Below are positions 41,421-51,885 of a stretch of DNA of 56,745 bases, piece after piece (position 1 is the first letter of the stretch; each line of letters starts with the position of its first letter). The notes beneath the pieces are model-generated. The model saw only the letters and a program-made list of their open reading frames with translations, was not told where the DNA came from and did not search any database. The translations under genes were made by a program, and so were the position numbers. Location of the stretch: the NCBI GenBank assembly GCA_964649035.1, contig CAZYMT010000002.1, positions 1 to 56,745 on the forward strand. Direction: 5' to 3'. The stretch comes from an uncultured Rhodobacterales bacterium. GTDB lineage: Bacteria; Pseudomonadota; Alphaproteobacteria; Rhodobacterales; Rhodobacteraceae.

Positions 41421-43013
41421 TTAGAATTTTAGGGCTTTAGCCCCTGTGACCTGCGGCAGATCTGCAATCTTGGCCAATGTTGCTTCGTCTAGTTCGGCAT
41501 CAATACCAAGCAGGGCAATCGCCTCGCCGTCTTTTTCAGCGCGACCCAGCGCGAAGGTGGCGATATTCACGTCAAGTTCACCCAATGCCATCCCCAAAGC
41601 ACCGATATATCCCGGCGTATCGGAGTTGGTGGTATATAGCATGAATTTCTGCGGCTCGGCCTCAAGATTGATACCTTTGATCTGGATGAAACGCGGGCGA
41701 CCGTCGGAATAGATCGTGCCGGCAACCGAACGTACTTGTTTTTCGGTTGTTACGGTCAGACGCATGTACGATCCGAACGCGCCTTGCGCATCCTTGCGTA
41801 TCTCGGTGATTTTCACACCGCGTTCGCGGGCAACAACGGGGGCAGAAACCATGTTCACGCCACCTTCGCCAACCAACGGGATCAGCAGACTGGCAGTCAG
41901 AGCAGAAACCAATGGTTTCATATTTAGCGCGCCAACTTTACCGACAAACTCGATCTCGATCTCGGTGATCGGGCTTTCGGTGACTTGACCTGCAAACCCG
42001 CCAAGCATTTCGGATAGTTCAATCCAAGGCTTCAGAACGGGTGCTTCCTCGGCTGTAACGCTTGGCGCATTGATGGCGTTGGAAATGGCACCGCGTACCA
42101 GATAGTCGGACATTTGTTCGGCAACTTGCAGGGCGACGTTTTCTTGGGCCTCGGATGTGGCGGCACCCAAATGCGGGGTGCAAACTACGTTTGGTGCGCC
42201 GAACAACACGTTTTCCTTGGCCGGCTCATCCGCGTAAACATCAAAAGCCGCACCAGCAAGCTGACCGGATTTCAATGCCTCAACAACGGCGGCTTCGTCA
42301 ACCAAACCACCACGGGCACAGTTAATAAGACGGGCACCGGGTTTGATTTTGGCAATGCGTTCTGCCGACAGGATATTGGCGGTTTTATCAGTTTTCGGCA
42401 GGTGCAGTGTGATGAAATCAGCGCGGCCCAACAGATCATCCAGTTCTTCAACCTTGGTGATCCCCAATGTTTCAGCACGTTCCGTTGAAAGGAAAGGGTC
42501 GAATGCGATAACCTTCATTTTAAGGCCAATCGCGCGACTGGCAACCACGGAACCGATATTGCCCGAGCCAATAAGACCCAGTGTTTTACCGGTAATCTCG
42601 GAGCCCATAAATTTCGACTTTTCCCATTTGCCTGCTTGGGTGGAAGCATCAGCCGCTGGAATTTGGCGCGCACAAGCAAACATCATGGCAATCGCGTGTT
42701 CCGCCGTGGTGATCGAGTTGCCGAACGGCGTGTTCATAACCACCACACCTTTGGCCGAAGCCGCAGCCAAATCGACATTATCAACACCGATACCGGCGCG
42801 ACCGATGACTTTCAGATTGTCGGCCTTGGCGATCAATTCGGCGGTGGCCTTGGTGGCCGAACGAATAGCGAGACCGTCATAATTACCTATAATCTCGGCC
42901 AGTTTGGCGGGGTCTTTGCCTAGCTCAGGCATGAAATCAACCTCGACGCCATTGTCTTTGAAAATCTGAACGGCGGCGGTCGACAGTTTGTCGGAGATAA
43001 GAACTTTGGGCAT
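41421..43013 (-). CDS. serA: D-3-phosphoglycerate dehydrogenase (with ASB/ACT domains)
   Basis: RAGIGVDNVD, NTPFGN, GSGNIG, NCARGGLVDE, TPHLGAAT. Confidence 0.97.
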   Translation of the reverse strand: MPKVLISDKLSTAAVQIFKDNGVEVDFMPELGKDPAKLAEIIGNYDGLAIRSATKATAELIAKADNLKVIGRAGIGVDNVDLAAASAKGVVVMNTPFGNSITTAEHAIAMMFACARQIPAADASTQAGKWEKSKFMGSEITGKTLGLIGSGNIGSVVASRAIGLKMKVIAFDPFLSTERAETLGITKVEELDDLLGRADFITLHLPKTDKTANILSAERIAKIKPGARLINCARGGLVDEAAVVEALKSGQLAGAAFDVYADEPAKENVLFGAPNVVCTPHLGAATSEAQENVALQVAEQMSDYLVRGAISNAINAPSVTAEEAPVLKPWIELSEMLGGFAGQVTESPITEIEIEFVGKVGALNMKPLVSALTASLLIPLVGEGGVNMVSAPVVARERGVKITEIRKDAQGAFGSYMRLTVTTEKQVRSVAGTIYSDGRPRFIQIKGINLEAEPQKFMLYTTNSDTPGYIGALGMALGELDVNIATFALGRAEKDGEAIALLGIDAELDEATLAKIADLPQVTGAKALKF

Positions 43014-43035
43014 TTTGGTATTCCTTGAAGTCGGG

Positions 43036-43070
43036 AAAAGATGCCGCGCAATCGGCTGCGCGGCGGTTTT
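43036..43070 (-). terminator. Hairpin/weak terminator between serC and serA
   Basis: GCCGCGCA-6nt-TGCGCGGC stem followed by ATCTTTT on the minus strand. Confidence 0.55.
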
Positions 43071-44237
43071 TTAAAGGTCAGTTTTGGCGCTGGAGAACGC
43101 CCAGTCGAGCCACGGGGTCAGCGCCTGAACGTCAGCAGTATCAACCGTTGCGCCACACCAAATCCGCAGACCGGCAGGGGCATCGCGGTAGCCGTTAATG
43201 TCGTAAGCGGCGTCCTCGGCCTCCAACATTTTCACCATAGCTTTGGTGAAAGCGCGCTGTGCGGTGTCATCAAGTGCGGCCACTATTGGATCGACAATTT
43301 TTAAACATACGGATGTGTTGGAACGCTGCTCGGCCACGGGTGTCAGGTTTTCGACCCAATCCGTGCGATCAACCCATTCCTGCAACGCCGCGAAATTCGC
43401 ATCTGCGCGCGCCATCGTGAACGGCAAACCGCCAAGGTTCTCCATCCATTCAAGCGCGTCATCGGCATCAGCAACGGCCAACATTGACGGGGTGTTGATT
43501 GTGGCACCGGTAAAGATACCCTCGATCAATTTTCCGCCTTTGGTCATGCGGAAAATTTTCGGCAAAGGACGATCCGGGGTGAAGGTTTCAAGGCGCTCAA
43601 CCGCGCGCGGCGACAGAACGATAACGCCGTGCGCCGCCTCGCCGCCCATCGCTTTTTGCCAGCTGAATGTCGTGACATCCAGCTTGTCCCAATCAAGATC
43701 CTGTGCAAATGCAGCGGACGTCGCGTCACAGATGGTCAGACCCGTGCGGTCAGCAGAAATCCAGTCAGCGTTCGGAACACGAGCACCCGATGTTGTGCCG
43801 TTCCATGTGAAAACAACGTCGGCATCTTTGCGAACCTTGCTTAGGTCCGGCAATTCGCCATATTCAGCTTTAAGGATATTCACATCGTCCAATTTCAGTT
43901 GTTTGGCGATATCCGTGGCCCAGCCAGCGCCAAAGCTTTCCCAGACCAAAACGTCAACAGGCGCCGCACCAAGCAACGACCAGAGCGCCATTTCAACGGC
44001 ACCCGTATCAGACGCGGGCACAATGCCAACGCGGTACCCTTCGGGCACATTCAGCAATGCAGCGGTGCGATCAATTACAGATTTGATCTGTGCCTTGGGT
44101 TCCGCCGCACGGTGCGAGCGGCCAAGAAACGCTTTTGCAGCGACGGCCTCAAAGGACCAATCGGGGCGTTTAGGACAGGGACCGGATGAAAATTCGGGAC
44201 GCGCAGGTTTAGCCTGCGACGGCAATGGGAGGCTCAT
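43071..44237 (-). CDS. serC: Phosphoserine aminotransferase (alphaproteobacterial/Methanosarcina type)
   Basis: [45 protein letters not shown]. Confidence 0.96.
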   Translation of the reverse strand: MSLPLPSQAKPARPEFSSGPCPKRPDWSFEAVAAKAFLGRSHRAAEPKAQIKSVIDRTAALLNVPEGYRVGIVPASDTGAVEMALWSLLGAAPVDVLVWESFGAGWATDIAKQLKLDDVNILKAEYGELPDLSKVRKDADVVFTWNGTTSGARVPNADWISADRTGLTICDATSAAFAQDLDWDKLDVTTFSWQKAMGGEAAHGVIVLSPRAVERLETFTPDRPLPKIFRMTKGGKLIEGIFTGATINTPSMLAVADADDALEWMENLGGLPFTMARADANFAALQEWVDRTDWVENLTPVAEQRSNTSVCLKIVDPIVAALDDTAQRAFTKAMVKMLEAEDAAYDINGYRDAPAGLRIWCGATVDTADVQALTPWLDWAFSSAKTDL

Positions 44238-44249
44238 AAAGCTTCTCCT

Positions 44250-44315
44250 AGATCAGGGCGATATTTCTGAGCCTGCCATCGCTCGCCCTTATTCCGACGA
44301 CCTGCCCACCGTCGA
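44250..44315 (-). promoter_or_regulatory. Structured serC 5' leader (candidate cis-regulatory RNA)
   Basis: Two hairpins (44295-314; 44255-89), each enclosing GGCAGG on the mRNA strand, directly upstream of the AGGAG RBS. Confidence 0.5.
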
Positions 44316-44404
44316 GATAGCTAGTCGCCCGAGTCGCTGCAAGAGGTAAAACGTCGCTTATGAACGCTGCGCGGCATTTTTCTGTGCCCCGCGTTTCCAA
44401 AAGG

Positions 44405-44437
44405 AAAACCGCGCCCTGCTTAAAGCAAAACGCGGTT
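44405..44437 (-). terminator. Terminator of the DUF1127-like gene
   Basis: AACCGCG...TGCT-TAA-AGCA...CGCGGTT, followed by T residues on the minus strand. Confidence 0.6.
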
Positions 44438-44441
44438 CGAG

Positions 44442-44681
44442 TTAGAGGAATTTTGGCGGAAAGTTGTGCACGGCCGTGCGGTCATAGCGAACCGTGCTGA
44501 TCCCGATATCACGAGATAGATGATCGCTTAACCCTTCAGCACACCGCAACCGCTGCTGGCGATCGTCGCGCTTGGTGAACCATACAGCCGCCTTGATAAA
44601 AAGGCGGGCAATATATGGCAGATGGCGCCGTTCAAACAAATATGCGCTTTGCGCAACATGTGGTGGAATTGTAGCTAGCAT
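44442..44681 (-). CDS. DUF1127-like small basic protein
   Basis: GGAG RBS; W..R...RQQRL...LSDHLSRDIGIS motif; divergent from the MocR regulator. Confidence 0.75.
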   Translation of the reverse strand: MLATIPPHVAQSAYLFERRHLPYIARLFIKAAVWFTKRDDRQQRLRCAEGLSDHLSRDIGISTVRYDRTAVHNFPPKFL

Positions 44682-44694
44682 ATCGCGCTCCATT

Positions 44695-44795
44695 TTGTAT
44701 TGATACAATTTAAGATTTGTGTCACATAATCTGACAATAGACTGATACAATTGCGAATCGCATAAATCTACGGAAACATTGTTATGGATACAATT
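44695..44795. promoter_or_regulatory. Candidate MocR operator repeats
   Basis: GATACAATT at 44702, 44744 and 44787, plus inverted TTGTAT-tg-ATACAA at 44695-708. Confidence 0.65.
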
Positions 44796-46175
44796 TGGCA
44801 CCCTGACCTGTTGCAAACCGGCATCCCGAAATATCGGGCGTTGCTAAATGCGATCCGCGAGGCGTTGGAAAACGCGCTTTTAACCAAGGGGGATCGCCTG
44901 CCGCCCGTGCGCGAAATGGCGTGGCAATTGCAGATCACCCCAGGGACGGTCGCGCGCGCCTATCAGTTAGGTATTGATGAGGGTTTTTTGGAGGCTCAAG
45001 TCGGGCGCGGAACCTTTATTCGTAAGGATAAACCTGCTCCACACATCGCGACTACCAGCTTTGGCGAAACCCATGTTGAAACGGGGATTGTTGACCTGCG
45101 AAACGCCGCCATTCCCTATGTCGGGCAAGACGAGGTGATCGCTGATCTTTCTACTCAGATTGAATATGGTGGAACCCATTCGATGGTGCGTTATGCGGGC
45201 CATGGCGAGTTGGCGGCGCGCCAAGCAATGATACAATGGATGGATTTAGGTACAATCCGCGCCGAAGCCGAAGATTTGATCCTTTGTTACGGCTCGCAGA
45301 ACGCTACCTTGGCCGCATTTTTGACAATTGCCCATGGTTCAGCGCCCGTAATTGCCACCGACGCGCTGATTTTACCTGGTACACGACAAGCGGCGGCGCT
45401 GGCACGGGCGCGGATCGTTGGGCTGGTGTCTGACGGCGATGGAATGCTGCCCAAAGCGCTAGAGGACATGTGCCGTCGCGAGAGGCCGCAAATCCTGCAT
45501 CTATCCGCCAATATCAACAGTCCCACGGCAATCATAATGCCAACTTCGCGCCAAGCCGAGATTGCTGAAATCGCGCGGCGTTACGATTTGCAAATCGTCG
45601 AGGATGATGGCCATGGCAAATTCTTCGATCAGCGCCCACCCAGCTTTCTGGATTTTTGCCCCGAACGAGTTTGGCATGTTTCGTCACTGTCGCGCTATCT
45701 GGCGGCCGGTCTGCGGATCGGGTATCTGTTATGTCCACCCAGTAAAGGTGTGGTCGGCCAAGGCGTTATGCAGTCAATGGGGCACTCTTTCTCGCCGATG
45801 ATTGCGCAACTAGCCACGCTTTTGGTGACATCGGGTGAGGCTGACAAACTGCTGACTAAAATCCGTGCCCATCGCACTGAACGCGTGCGTCTGGCGTTGA
45901 ACCAGCTAGGGCGCTGGAACATAAATTGGCATGAGGCCGCGGGGTTCTTTTGGCTGGAATTACCCGAAGGCTGGTCCAGTTCGGCTTTTTCGCTTGCATC
46001 CGAAAAGATAGGCATTCAAGTTGCGCCGGCAGATGTTTTCCTGCCCGATGACGGGGTTGCACCGAACGCGGTGCGGATATCGCTCGGCGGGAAACATCAA
46101 ACCGATATTTTCATCGATGCGTTGGAGCGGCTGGATCAGATTCTGGACAGCCCCCCGCGTGAGATGCTGGCCTAA
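44784..46175 (+). CDS. MocR/GabR-type GntR regulator with PLP aminotransferase-like domain
   Basis: GDRLPPVREMA..LQITPGTVARAY, VGRGTF, IVEDD, SSLSRYLAAGLRIGY. Confidence 0.93.
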   Translation: MDTIWHPDLLQTGIPKYRALLNAIREALENALLTKGDRLPPVREMAWQLQITPGTVARAYQLGIDEGFLEAQVGRGTFIRKDKPAPHIATTSFGETHVETGIVDLRNAAIPYVGQDEVIADLSTQIEYGGTHSMVRYAGHGELAARQAMIQWMDLGTIRAEAEDLILCYGSQNATLAAFLTIAHGSAPVIATDALILPGTRQAAALARARIVGLVSDGDGMLPKALEDMCRRERPQILHLSANINSPTAIIMPTSRQAEIAEIARRYDLQIVEDDGHGKFFDQRPPSFLDFCPERVWHVSSLSRYLAAGLRIGYLLCPPSKGVVGQGVMQSMGHSFSPMIAQLATLLVTSGEADKLLTKIRAHRTERVRLALNQLGRWNINWHEAAGFFWLELPEGWSSSAFSLASEKIGIQVAPADVFLPDDGVAPNAVRISLGGKHQTDIFIDALERLDQILDSPPREMLA

Positions 46176-46182
46176 AGGAACT

Positions 46183-47091
46183 ATGATGAAACAGGGTGTC
46201 TTGGTTTGGACCTTGCTGATATTGCTCGGCCTGATTTGGGGTGGATCGTTTTTGGCGGTGGCGCTTGCATTGGAGAGTTTCGGGCCAATAACAATCGCCG
46301 CCATCCGTATTTCACTCGCCGCAGTCATTGTCACCGGTATCAGTTTTGCCATTGGTCACGGATTACCGGAAACGGTAACACCGACAGGACGAAAAATCTG
46401 GGTTCATAGCTTTGGTATGGCTTTGTTTTCAAATGCTATTCCATTTGCATTGCTAAGCTGGGGACAGCAACATGTAACGTCCGGCTATGCGGGTATCACC
46501 ATGGCCGTGGTGCCATTGCTGGTCCTGCCATTGTCGCATTTTCTAGTGCCTGACCAACGCTTGACCCGGATTAAAACTCTTGGGTTTATGGTTGGTTTCA
46601 TCGGCGTTGTGATCCTGATTGGCCCCGCGCAAATCCTAGCATCGGAAGGCGGCGACGTCGAAAACATCGCACGCATCGTCTGCATTGTGGCCAGCTGTTG
46701 TTATGCAATTGGGTCAATTATTACACGCCTATCACCGCAAGGGCCACTGCTGGCGTTCAGCTCGGCAGCATTGATCCTCGCCGCTTTGGTTGTCACACCC
46801 ATCGCCCTGCTCGTTGAGGGCATCCCGCAGGTTCCAAGCACCCAAGCCTTGTGGGCGGTCATATATCTGGGCGTCTTCCCAACAGCATTGGCCACCGCCA
46901 TGCTGGTCTATGTCGTCAAAACCGCCGGACCACCCTTCCTTAGCTTGGTAAATTACCAAGTCCCGATCTGGGCAGTCATCTTCGGCACAGTCCTATTATC
47001 CGAGGCCCTGCCCGGTCAATTTATCTGGGCACTTGGCCTGATCCTGCTTGGCCTCGCGGTTAGCCAGTCGGCCCAGTGGCGGCGCAGATGA
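46183..47091 (+). CDS. DMT/EamA family transporter
   Basis: IWGGSF, about ten TM segments, YLGVFPTALA, SLVNYQVP. Confidence 0.92.
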   Translation: MMKQGVLVWTLLILLGLIWGGSFLAVALALESFGPITIAAIRISLAAVIVTGISFAIGHGLPETVTPTGRKIWVHSFGMALFSNAIPFALLSWGQQHVTSGYAGITMAVVPLLVLPLSHFLVPDQRLTRIKTLGFMVGFIGVVILIGPAQILASEGGDVENIARIVCIVASCCYAIGSIITRLSPQGPLLAFSSAALILAALVVTPIALLVEGIPQVPSTQALWAVIYLGVFPTALATAMLVYVVKTAGPPFLSLVNYQVPIWAVIFGTVLLSEALPGQFIWALGLILLGLAVSQSAQWRRR

Positions 47092-47972
47092 AGTATCACT
47101 GGACCTCCTATTTTAGCCTGGTGGTGATGGTGATGATTTGGGGATCAGCATTTGCGCTGACCCGAATGGCGCTGCAAGGGTTTTCCCCTGTCGGGGTGGC
47201 GAGCGGGCGATTGCTACTAGGGGCATTGGTGGTCGCACCAATCGCTATTATGTCGGGGCAAGGGCTGCCTAAAACTTTGAAAACCTGGGGGTGGTGCGGA
47301 TTGCTGGGGGTTACAAATTTTGTTGTCCCATTCACCCTGATCGCATGGGGGCAATTAGAGGTTCCAAGCAACATCACGGCAACAATTGTCTCTTCCATCC
47401 CGTTATTTGTTTTATTTTTCAGCTGGTTATTTCTTAAAACACCGGTTTCAAAACGCAAATGGGTTGGATTTACGATTGGTCTAATTGGCCTAATCTGGCT
47501 TGCTGATCCTCGATCAGATGCGGCGCAAACCATACATCTGTTGTCGTACATAGCAATCCTGGCTGCGTGTATGGGTATGGCATTGGGGGCCGTAATTATC
47601 AGCATGATGCCAAACATGCCATCAATTCAGGCCATGTCGGGTACATTGATTGTGTCGGCTTTGGTCGCGCTGCCATTTGGCTGGCGTGAAATAGATCCGG
47701 GCATGGCCAGCCAGACCGCGATAATCGGACTGTTGTTGCTTGGCGTTCTTCCAACAGGTATCGCGCAAATATTGCGGCATTTCACCGTCAAACGCACCAG
47801 TCCGGTTTTTGTTGCTACCGCGACATATCTAATCCCGATTTGGGCCGGATTTCTGGGCTACCTGTTTCTGGACGAGCGATTGAGCCTGCCTGCTGTTTTA
47901 GCATACGCGCTGATTGTCACTGGCCTGCTAATATCGCGGGATCGCGCTAAGAAGCGGCCTCGACAGCCATAA
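47088..47972 (+). CDS. DMT/EamA family transporter (second, ATGA-coupled)
   Basis: IWGSAF, about ten TM segments, [16 protein letters not shown]. Confidence 0.9.
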   Translation: MKYHWTSYFSLVVMVMIWGSAFALTRMALQGFSPVGVASGRLLLGALVVAPIAIMSGQGLPKTLKTWGWCGLLGVTNFVVPFTLIAWGQLEVPSNITATIVSSIPLFVLFFSWLFLKTPVSKRKWVGFTIGLIGLIWLADPRSDAAQTIHLLSYIAILAACMGMALGAVIISMMPNMPSIQAMSGTLIVSALVALPFGWREIDPGMASQTAIIGLLLLGVLPTGIAQILRHFTVKRTSPVFVATATYLIPIWAGFLGYLFLDERLSLPAVLAYALIVTGLLISRDRAKKRPRQP

Positions 47973-49287
47973 CAATATCCGCAATCACCTGTTTCAATAG
48001 ACCCTCATCTTCGCATTCGCCCATCACACGGATCAGGGGCTCAGTGCCGGATTTTCGGATCAACAAACGCCCGTTGGTGGCCAATCTTGCCTCGCCATCC
48101 GCAATGGCCGTCACGACCGACGCCGCATCCAAAGGATCGGTGCCCGCGTAGCGGACATTTTGTAAAAGCTGCGGGACGGGGTCGAACACATTGGCCAGTT
48201 CGCTGGCGGGCTTGCCGGTTTCGACCATTGCTGCCAAGAATTGTAATGCTGAAATCATGCCGTCGCCAGTGGTCACATAATCGGTCATGACGATATGGCC
48301 GGATTGTTCGCCGCCAAGGTTATAGCCCCCTGCCCGCATAGCCTCGACCACGTAACGGTCGCCGACTTGCGTGCGCAACAGTTTCAGGCCGCGCCCTTCC
48401 AGATGCCGTTCCAAGCCAAGGTTGGACATGACCGTTGCAACCAACGTGTTGCCTTCAAGTTTGCCTTGATTAGCCCACGTACCAGCAATCAGACCCATGA
48501 TCTGGTCGCCATCCGCAACATTGCCTTTTTCGTCGATAATCATCACGCGGTCTGCGTCGCCATCAAGGCAAATGCCCAGATCAGCGCCTTCGGCAACCAC
48601 CCGTTTGGCCGCGAAATCAGTGTGGGTGGAGCCACAACCCTCGTTGATATTAAACCCGTTTGGCGTGATGCCAATAGCAATAACCTCTGCTCCAAGCTCC
48701 CAAAGAACCTCGGGTGCGGTTTTATAGGCAGCGCCATTTGCGCAATCGACGACGACTTTCAACCCATCAAGTTTCATGCCGCGCGGCACCGTGGTTTTCG
48801 CAAATTCCATATAGCGCGCACGATCCCCGGCAATGCGCCGCGCGCGCCCGATTTTTGTTGGCCGTGCTAGTTTCTGGTCACCCGCATCGATCATCGCCTC
48901 AATGGTAAGTTCGGCTTCGTCCGACAGTTTAAATCCGTCAGGGCCAAAAAACTTGATGCCATTATCGGAAAACACATTATGCGAGGCCGAAATCATCACC
49001 CCAAGATCGGCCCGCATCGAACGTGTCAGCATCCCGACGGCAGGTGTCGGCACAGGCCCCAGCAAAAACACATCCATCCCGACGGAGGTAAAGCCCGCCG
49101 TCAGCGCATTTTCCAGCATATAGCCAGAGCGCCGCGTGTCCTTGCCTATCACCACGCGCGGGTTGTCATGTGACTGGCGGAAATACCGCCCAGCAGCGAT
49201 ACCAAGGCGCAGCGCGAATTCTGCGGTCATCGGGTGGGTGTTTGCTTCGGCACGAATGCCGTCAGTGCCAAAATATTTACGTGTCAT
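47947..49287 (-). CDS. glmM: Phosphoglucosamine mutase
   Basis: [44 protein letters not shown]. Confidence 0.98.
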   Translation of the reverse strand: MTRKYFGTDGIRAEANTHPMTAEFALRLGIAAGRYFRQSHDNPRVVIGKDTRRSGYMLENALTAGFTSVGMDVFLLGPVPTPAVGMLTRSMRADLGVMISASHNVFSDNGIKFFGPDGFKLSDEAELTIEAMIDAGDQKLARPTKIGRARRIAGDRARYMEFAKTTVPRGMKLDGLKVVVDCANGAAYKTAPEVLWELGAEVIAIGITPNGFNINEGCGSTHTDFAAKRVVAEGADLGICLDGDADRVMIIDEKGNVADGDQIMGLIAGTWANQGKLEGNTLVATVMSNLGLERHLEGRGLKLLRTQVGDRYVVEAMRAGGYNLGGEQSGHIVMTDYVTTGDGMISALQFLAAMVETGKPASELANVFDPVPQLLQNVRYAGTDPLDAASVVTAIADGEARLATNGRLLIRKSGTEPLIRVMGECEDEGLLKQVIADIVMAVEAAS

Positions 49288-49294
49288 GCGCGCC

Positions 49295-50134
49295 TCAACT
49301 GTTTTTCTGCACCGCCATCCAAACGGCGATTGCCTGCTTGGTTTCCCTAATATCATGAACCCGCAAAATCTGCACCCCTTGGTTTATTGCGGCAAGACCA
49401 ACGGCGATAGAACCAGCGGCTCGCCGCGCGGGATCTGGTTCATTACCGATAGTACCGATAAAGCGTTTGCGTGAAACACCCAGCAAGATCGGGCATCCAA
49501 GCGTATGGAATTTTGCAATATCACGCAGCAATGTTAGGTTATGCGCTTGGGTTTTGCCAAAACCGATACCCGGATCGATCATGATTTTATTGGGCGTAAT
49601 TCCTGCCGCCACACATGCTTCAATCCGGTTTTCGAGGTAGTCGTAAACCTCTTGCAAAATATCCTTATAAACGGCCTCATTCTGCATGGTTTTGGGATCA
49701 CCCGTTGCGTGCATTATGCAAACACTTGTGTTCAGTTCGGCGGCTGTCGCCAAACTGTCAGGATCAAATGACAGGGCCGAAACATCGTTGAACAAATTCG
49801 CCCCCGCTTCAATCGCAGCGCGCGCGACTTCGGCCTTGCGGGTATCAATCGAAATTGTCGTGGTCAGTCCGCTGGCCCGAATGGCTTTTATTACCGGAAC
49901 CGTACGCCGGATTTCTTCGTCCGCTGGAATAAAATCCGCACCGGGGCGCGTGGATTCGCCGCCAATGTCGATTATGTCAGCGCCCTCAGCCACCATGTTT
50001 GTGGCGCGGGCAACCGCCTCGTCCAAATCGAAATGCTTACCACCATCCGAAAAACTGTCAGGAGTTACATTCAGAATGCCCATAATACGCGGGGTCGAAA
50101 TATCGATCCCGCAGAAGGTATCCAAAACCATCAA
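49295..50134 (-). CDS. folP: Dihydropteroate synthase
   Basis: [42 protein letters not shown]. Confidence 0.98.
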   Translation of the reverse strand: MMVLDTFCGIDISTPRIMGILNVTPDSFSDGGKHFDLDEAVARATNMVAEGADIIDIGGESTRPGADFIPADEEIRRTVPVIKAIRASGLTTTISIDTRKAEVARAAIEAGANLFNDVSALSFDPDSLATAAELNTSVCIMHATGDPKTMQNEAVYKDILQEVYDYLENRIEACVAAGITPNKIMIDPGIGFGKTQAHNLTLLRDIAKFHTLGCPILLGVSRKRFIGTIGNEPDPARRAAGSIAVGLAAINQGVQILRVHDIRETKQAIAVWMAVQKNS

Positions 50135-51081
50135 ATATGCCGTTTTAGCGAGGCAACATCGTCCGCTTCAATTTCACATATTTCGACGCTGTCGCTTTGC
50201 AATTCTTTGCCCATCCCCAGCATTTTCGAGGCCGCGAATTGTTCCGCAAACCAAAGAGCCAAGGCCTCAGGCGTTTCGGCATCGGCGTCAGGCGCTTCAA
50301 CAGAATCGAGCACAATTTTGGAGGGTGCCCAAACCGACAGTTGCCCGTTTTTCATCGCCCAGTCCATTTCCGTGCGGCTATCAACAACCACGCAACGTTT
50401 GTCCGTTCCAGCCAATACCCACGCATTCTGTTCAATCGACAACAACCCGATCCGGCGATCCGCCATTGGGTGCTTGGCATGTGGCGCTGCCTCGGCGGCT
50501 TTACCAAGACAGATAACTGCTGGCGTATCCGCGCCCGCGATTACGTCCAACCATTCAGACAGATTGGGGCCATGCAGCACCTCGTTCGACAAATACACCA
50601 CCAACGGATGAGGGGTGTCATCGGCAACAACGGTCTCCTGGACGGCATGTAATTCTTGGGTCTCACCAGTTTGCGAGCGCACAATTTCAATCCCTAAAGT
50701 TCCCGGAATACGGTCCAGTTTCTCTATCCGCACAAAGGAACGGACAACGCGGCGATCCTCAAGGCATCTTTCGGCGATGCGTTCGGCTAGTGTTTCCAGC
50801 AGATTGATCCGCTCGGTGGAAAGCTGCAATTCAATCGCCTCGATAATCGAATCGTAGGAAATCACCTTATCGACATCATCATCACGCGCGGCTGTGGTCC
50901 GCGAAACCTCCAACACCACATTAAAGCGAATACGTTGTTTTACGCCGCGCTCCGCCTGAAATGCCCCGATTTCAACTTCACGCGTGTAATCGCGCACCGA
51001 AATGCGGTCCAACGGATCAGGCCCGCTGGTGGCGGCAGCGCGCACATGTGGTGCCTCAAATGCTATAGATGTTTCGTCCAT
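50131..51081 (-). CDS. folB: Dihydroneopterin aldolase with a C-terminal extra domain
   Basis: IGAFQAERGVKQRIRFNV, ISYD, INLLETLAERIA, VRIEK; about 160 additional C-terminal residues. Confidence 0.85.
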   Translation of the reverse strand: MDETSIAFEAPHVRAAATSGPDPLDRISVRDYTREVEIGAFQAERGVKQRIRFNVVLEVSRTTAARDDDVDKVISYDSIIEAIELQLSTERINLLETLAERIAERCLEDRRVVRSFVRIEKLDRIPGTLGIEIVRSQTGETQELHAVQETVVADDTPHPLVVYLSNEVLHGPNLSEWLDVIAGADTPAVICLGKAAEAAPHAKHPMADRRIGLLSIEQNAWVLAGTDKRCVVVDSRTEMDWAMKNGQLSVWAPSKIVLDSVEAPDADAETPEALALWFAEQFAASKMLGMGKELQSDSVEICEIEADDVASLKRHI

Positions 51082-51257
51082 TCTACTCCCCTTGCCCACT
51101 TAATTAGGGCCAAATTCCTCGCAATCAAGCTGTTATCGGCTGATAACATCCTAGTCACGTAAAATTAACTGTTAACACACAGATTCCACGTTATGGTCTC
51201 ATTGTAGCCTGATTTCGAGTGTGAAATAAGTCTGTATTCCCCTAATAGGAGCTAAAT

Positions 51258-51881
51258 ATGCGACGCTTTTTGATATTGTCTTTTGTTGTTGGTATGTCGT
51301 TTATCGCAAATTCGGCTGCGGCTGGTTGCGAGGGGGCAATGCCGTCCAACGCCAATCAGGCAATCAATCCAAACAATCCAAACGGCGCATTGTTTAGCGC
51401 CGCTGTCCGGTATTATTCTAACATTGAACGATGCCGGCGCGGCCTTCAACCGCTTGCAGCCGATCCCAACCTGTTGCGGGCAGCAATGGCGCATAGCGTC
51501 AATATGGCCCGTTCCAACACAATGAGCCATACATCCAACGTCCGTGGTCAACGTTCGTTGCGTGATCGCATGGGGGCCTTTTCCGTAAGCAAACGAGTCG
51601 CCGCCGAAAATATCGCACAAAACTTTCTATTCGCCTTTGGAAACCGACGTTTTGTCCCGCGGGGTGGATGCCAATTTACCTACGCCGATTCCGGCGCAGC
51701 GGTCCCACAATTCAGTTATTCGTCGTTGGCACAAAGTCAGGTGGCGGGCTGGATGGCATCATCGGGACACCGACAAAATCTGCTAAATCGTCGCGTCACA
51801 AGGATGGAAGCTGGTCTAGGATATGCACCCGATAACGTGTCATGTGGGCGTCTGTATCTAACCCAAAATTTCGCAGGGTAA
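51258..51881 (+). CDS. Secreted CAP/SCP domain protein
   Basis: Signal peptide; NIERCRRGL, AHSVNMA, AAENIA, WMASSGHRQNLL, YLTQNF. Confidence 0.9.
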   Translation: MRRFLILSFVVGMSFIANSAAAGCEGAMPSNANQAINPNNPNGALFSAAVRYYSNIERCRRGLQPLAADPNLLRAAMAHSVNMARSNTMSHTSNVRGQRSLRDRMGAFSVSKRVAAENIAQNFLFAFGNRRFVPRGGCQFTYADSGAAVPQFSYSSLAQSQVAGWMASSGHRQNLLNRRVTRMEAGLGYAPDNVSCGRLYLTQNFAG

Positions 51882-51885
51882 TTTT

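Noticed and set aside
51161-51176. CtrA box upstream of the CAP-domain gene
   Set aside because: The two TTAAC half-sites are only 7 bp apart start-to-start, not the 11 bp required
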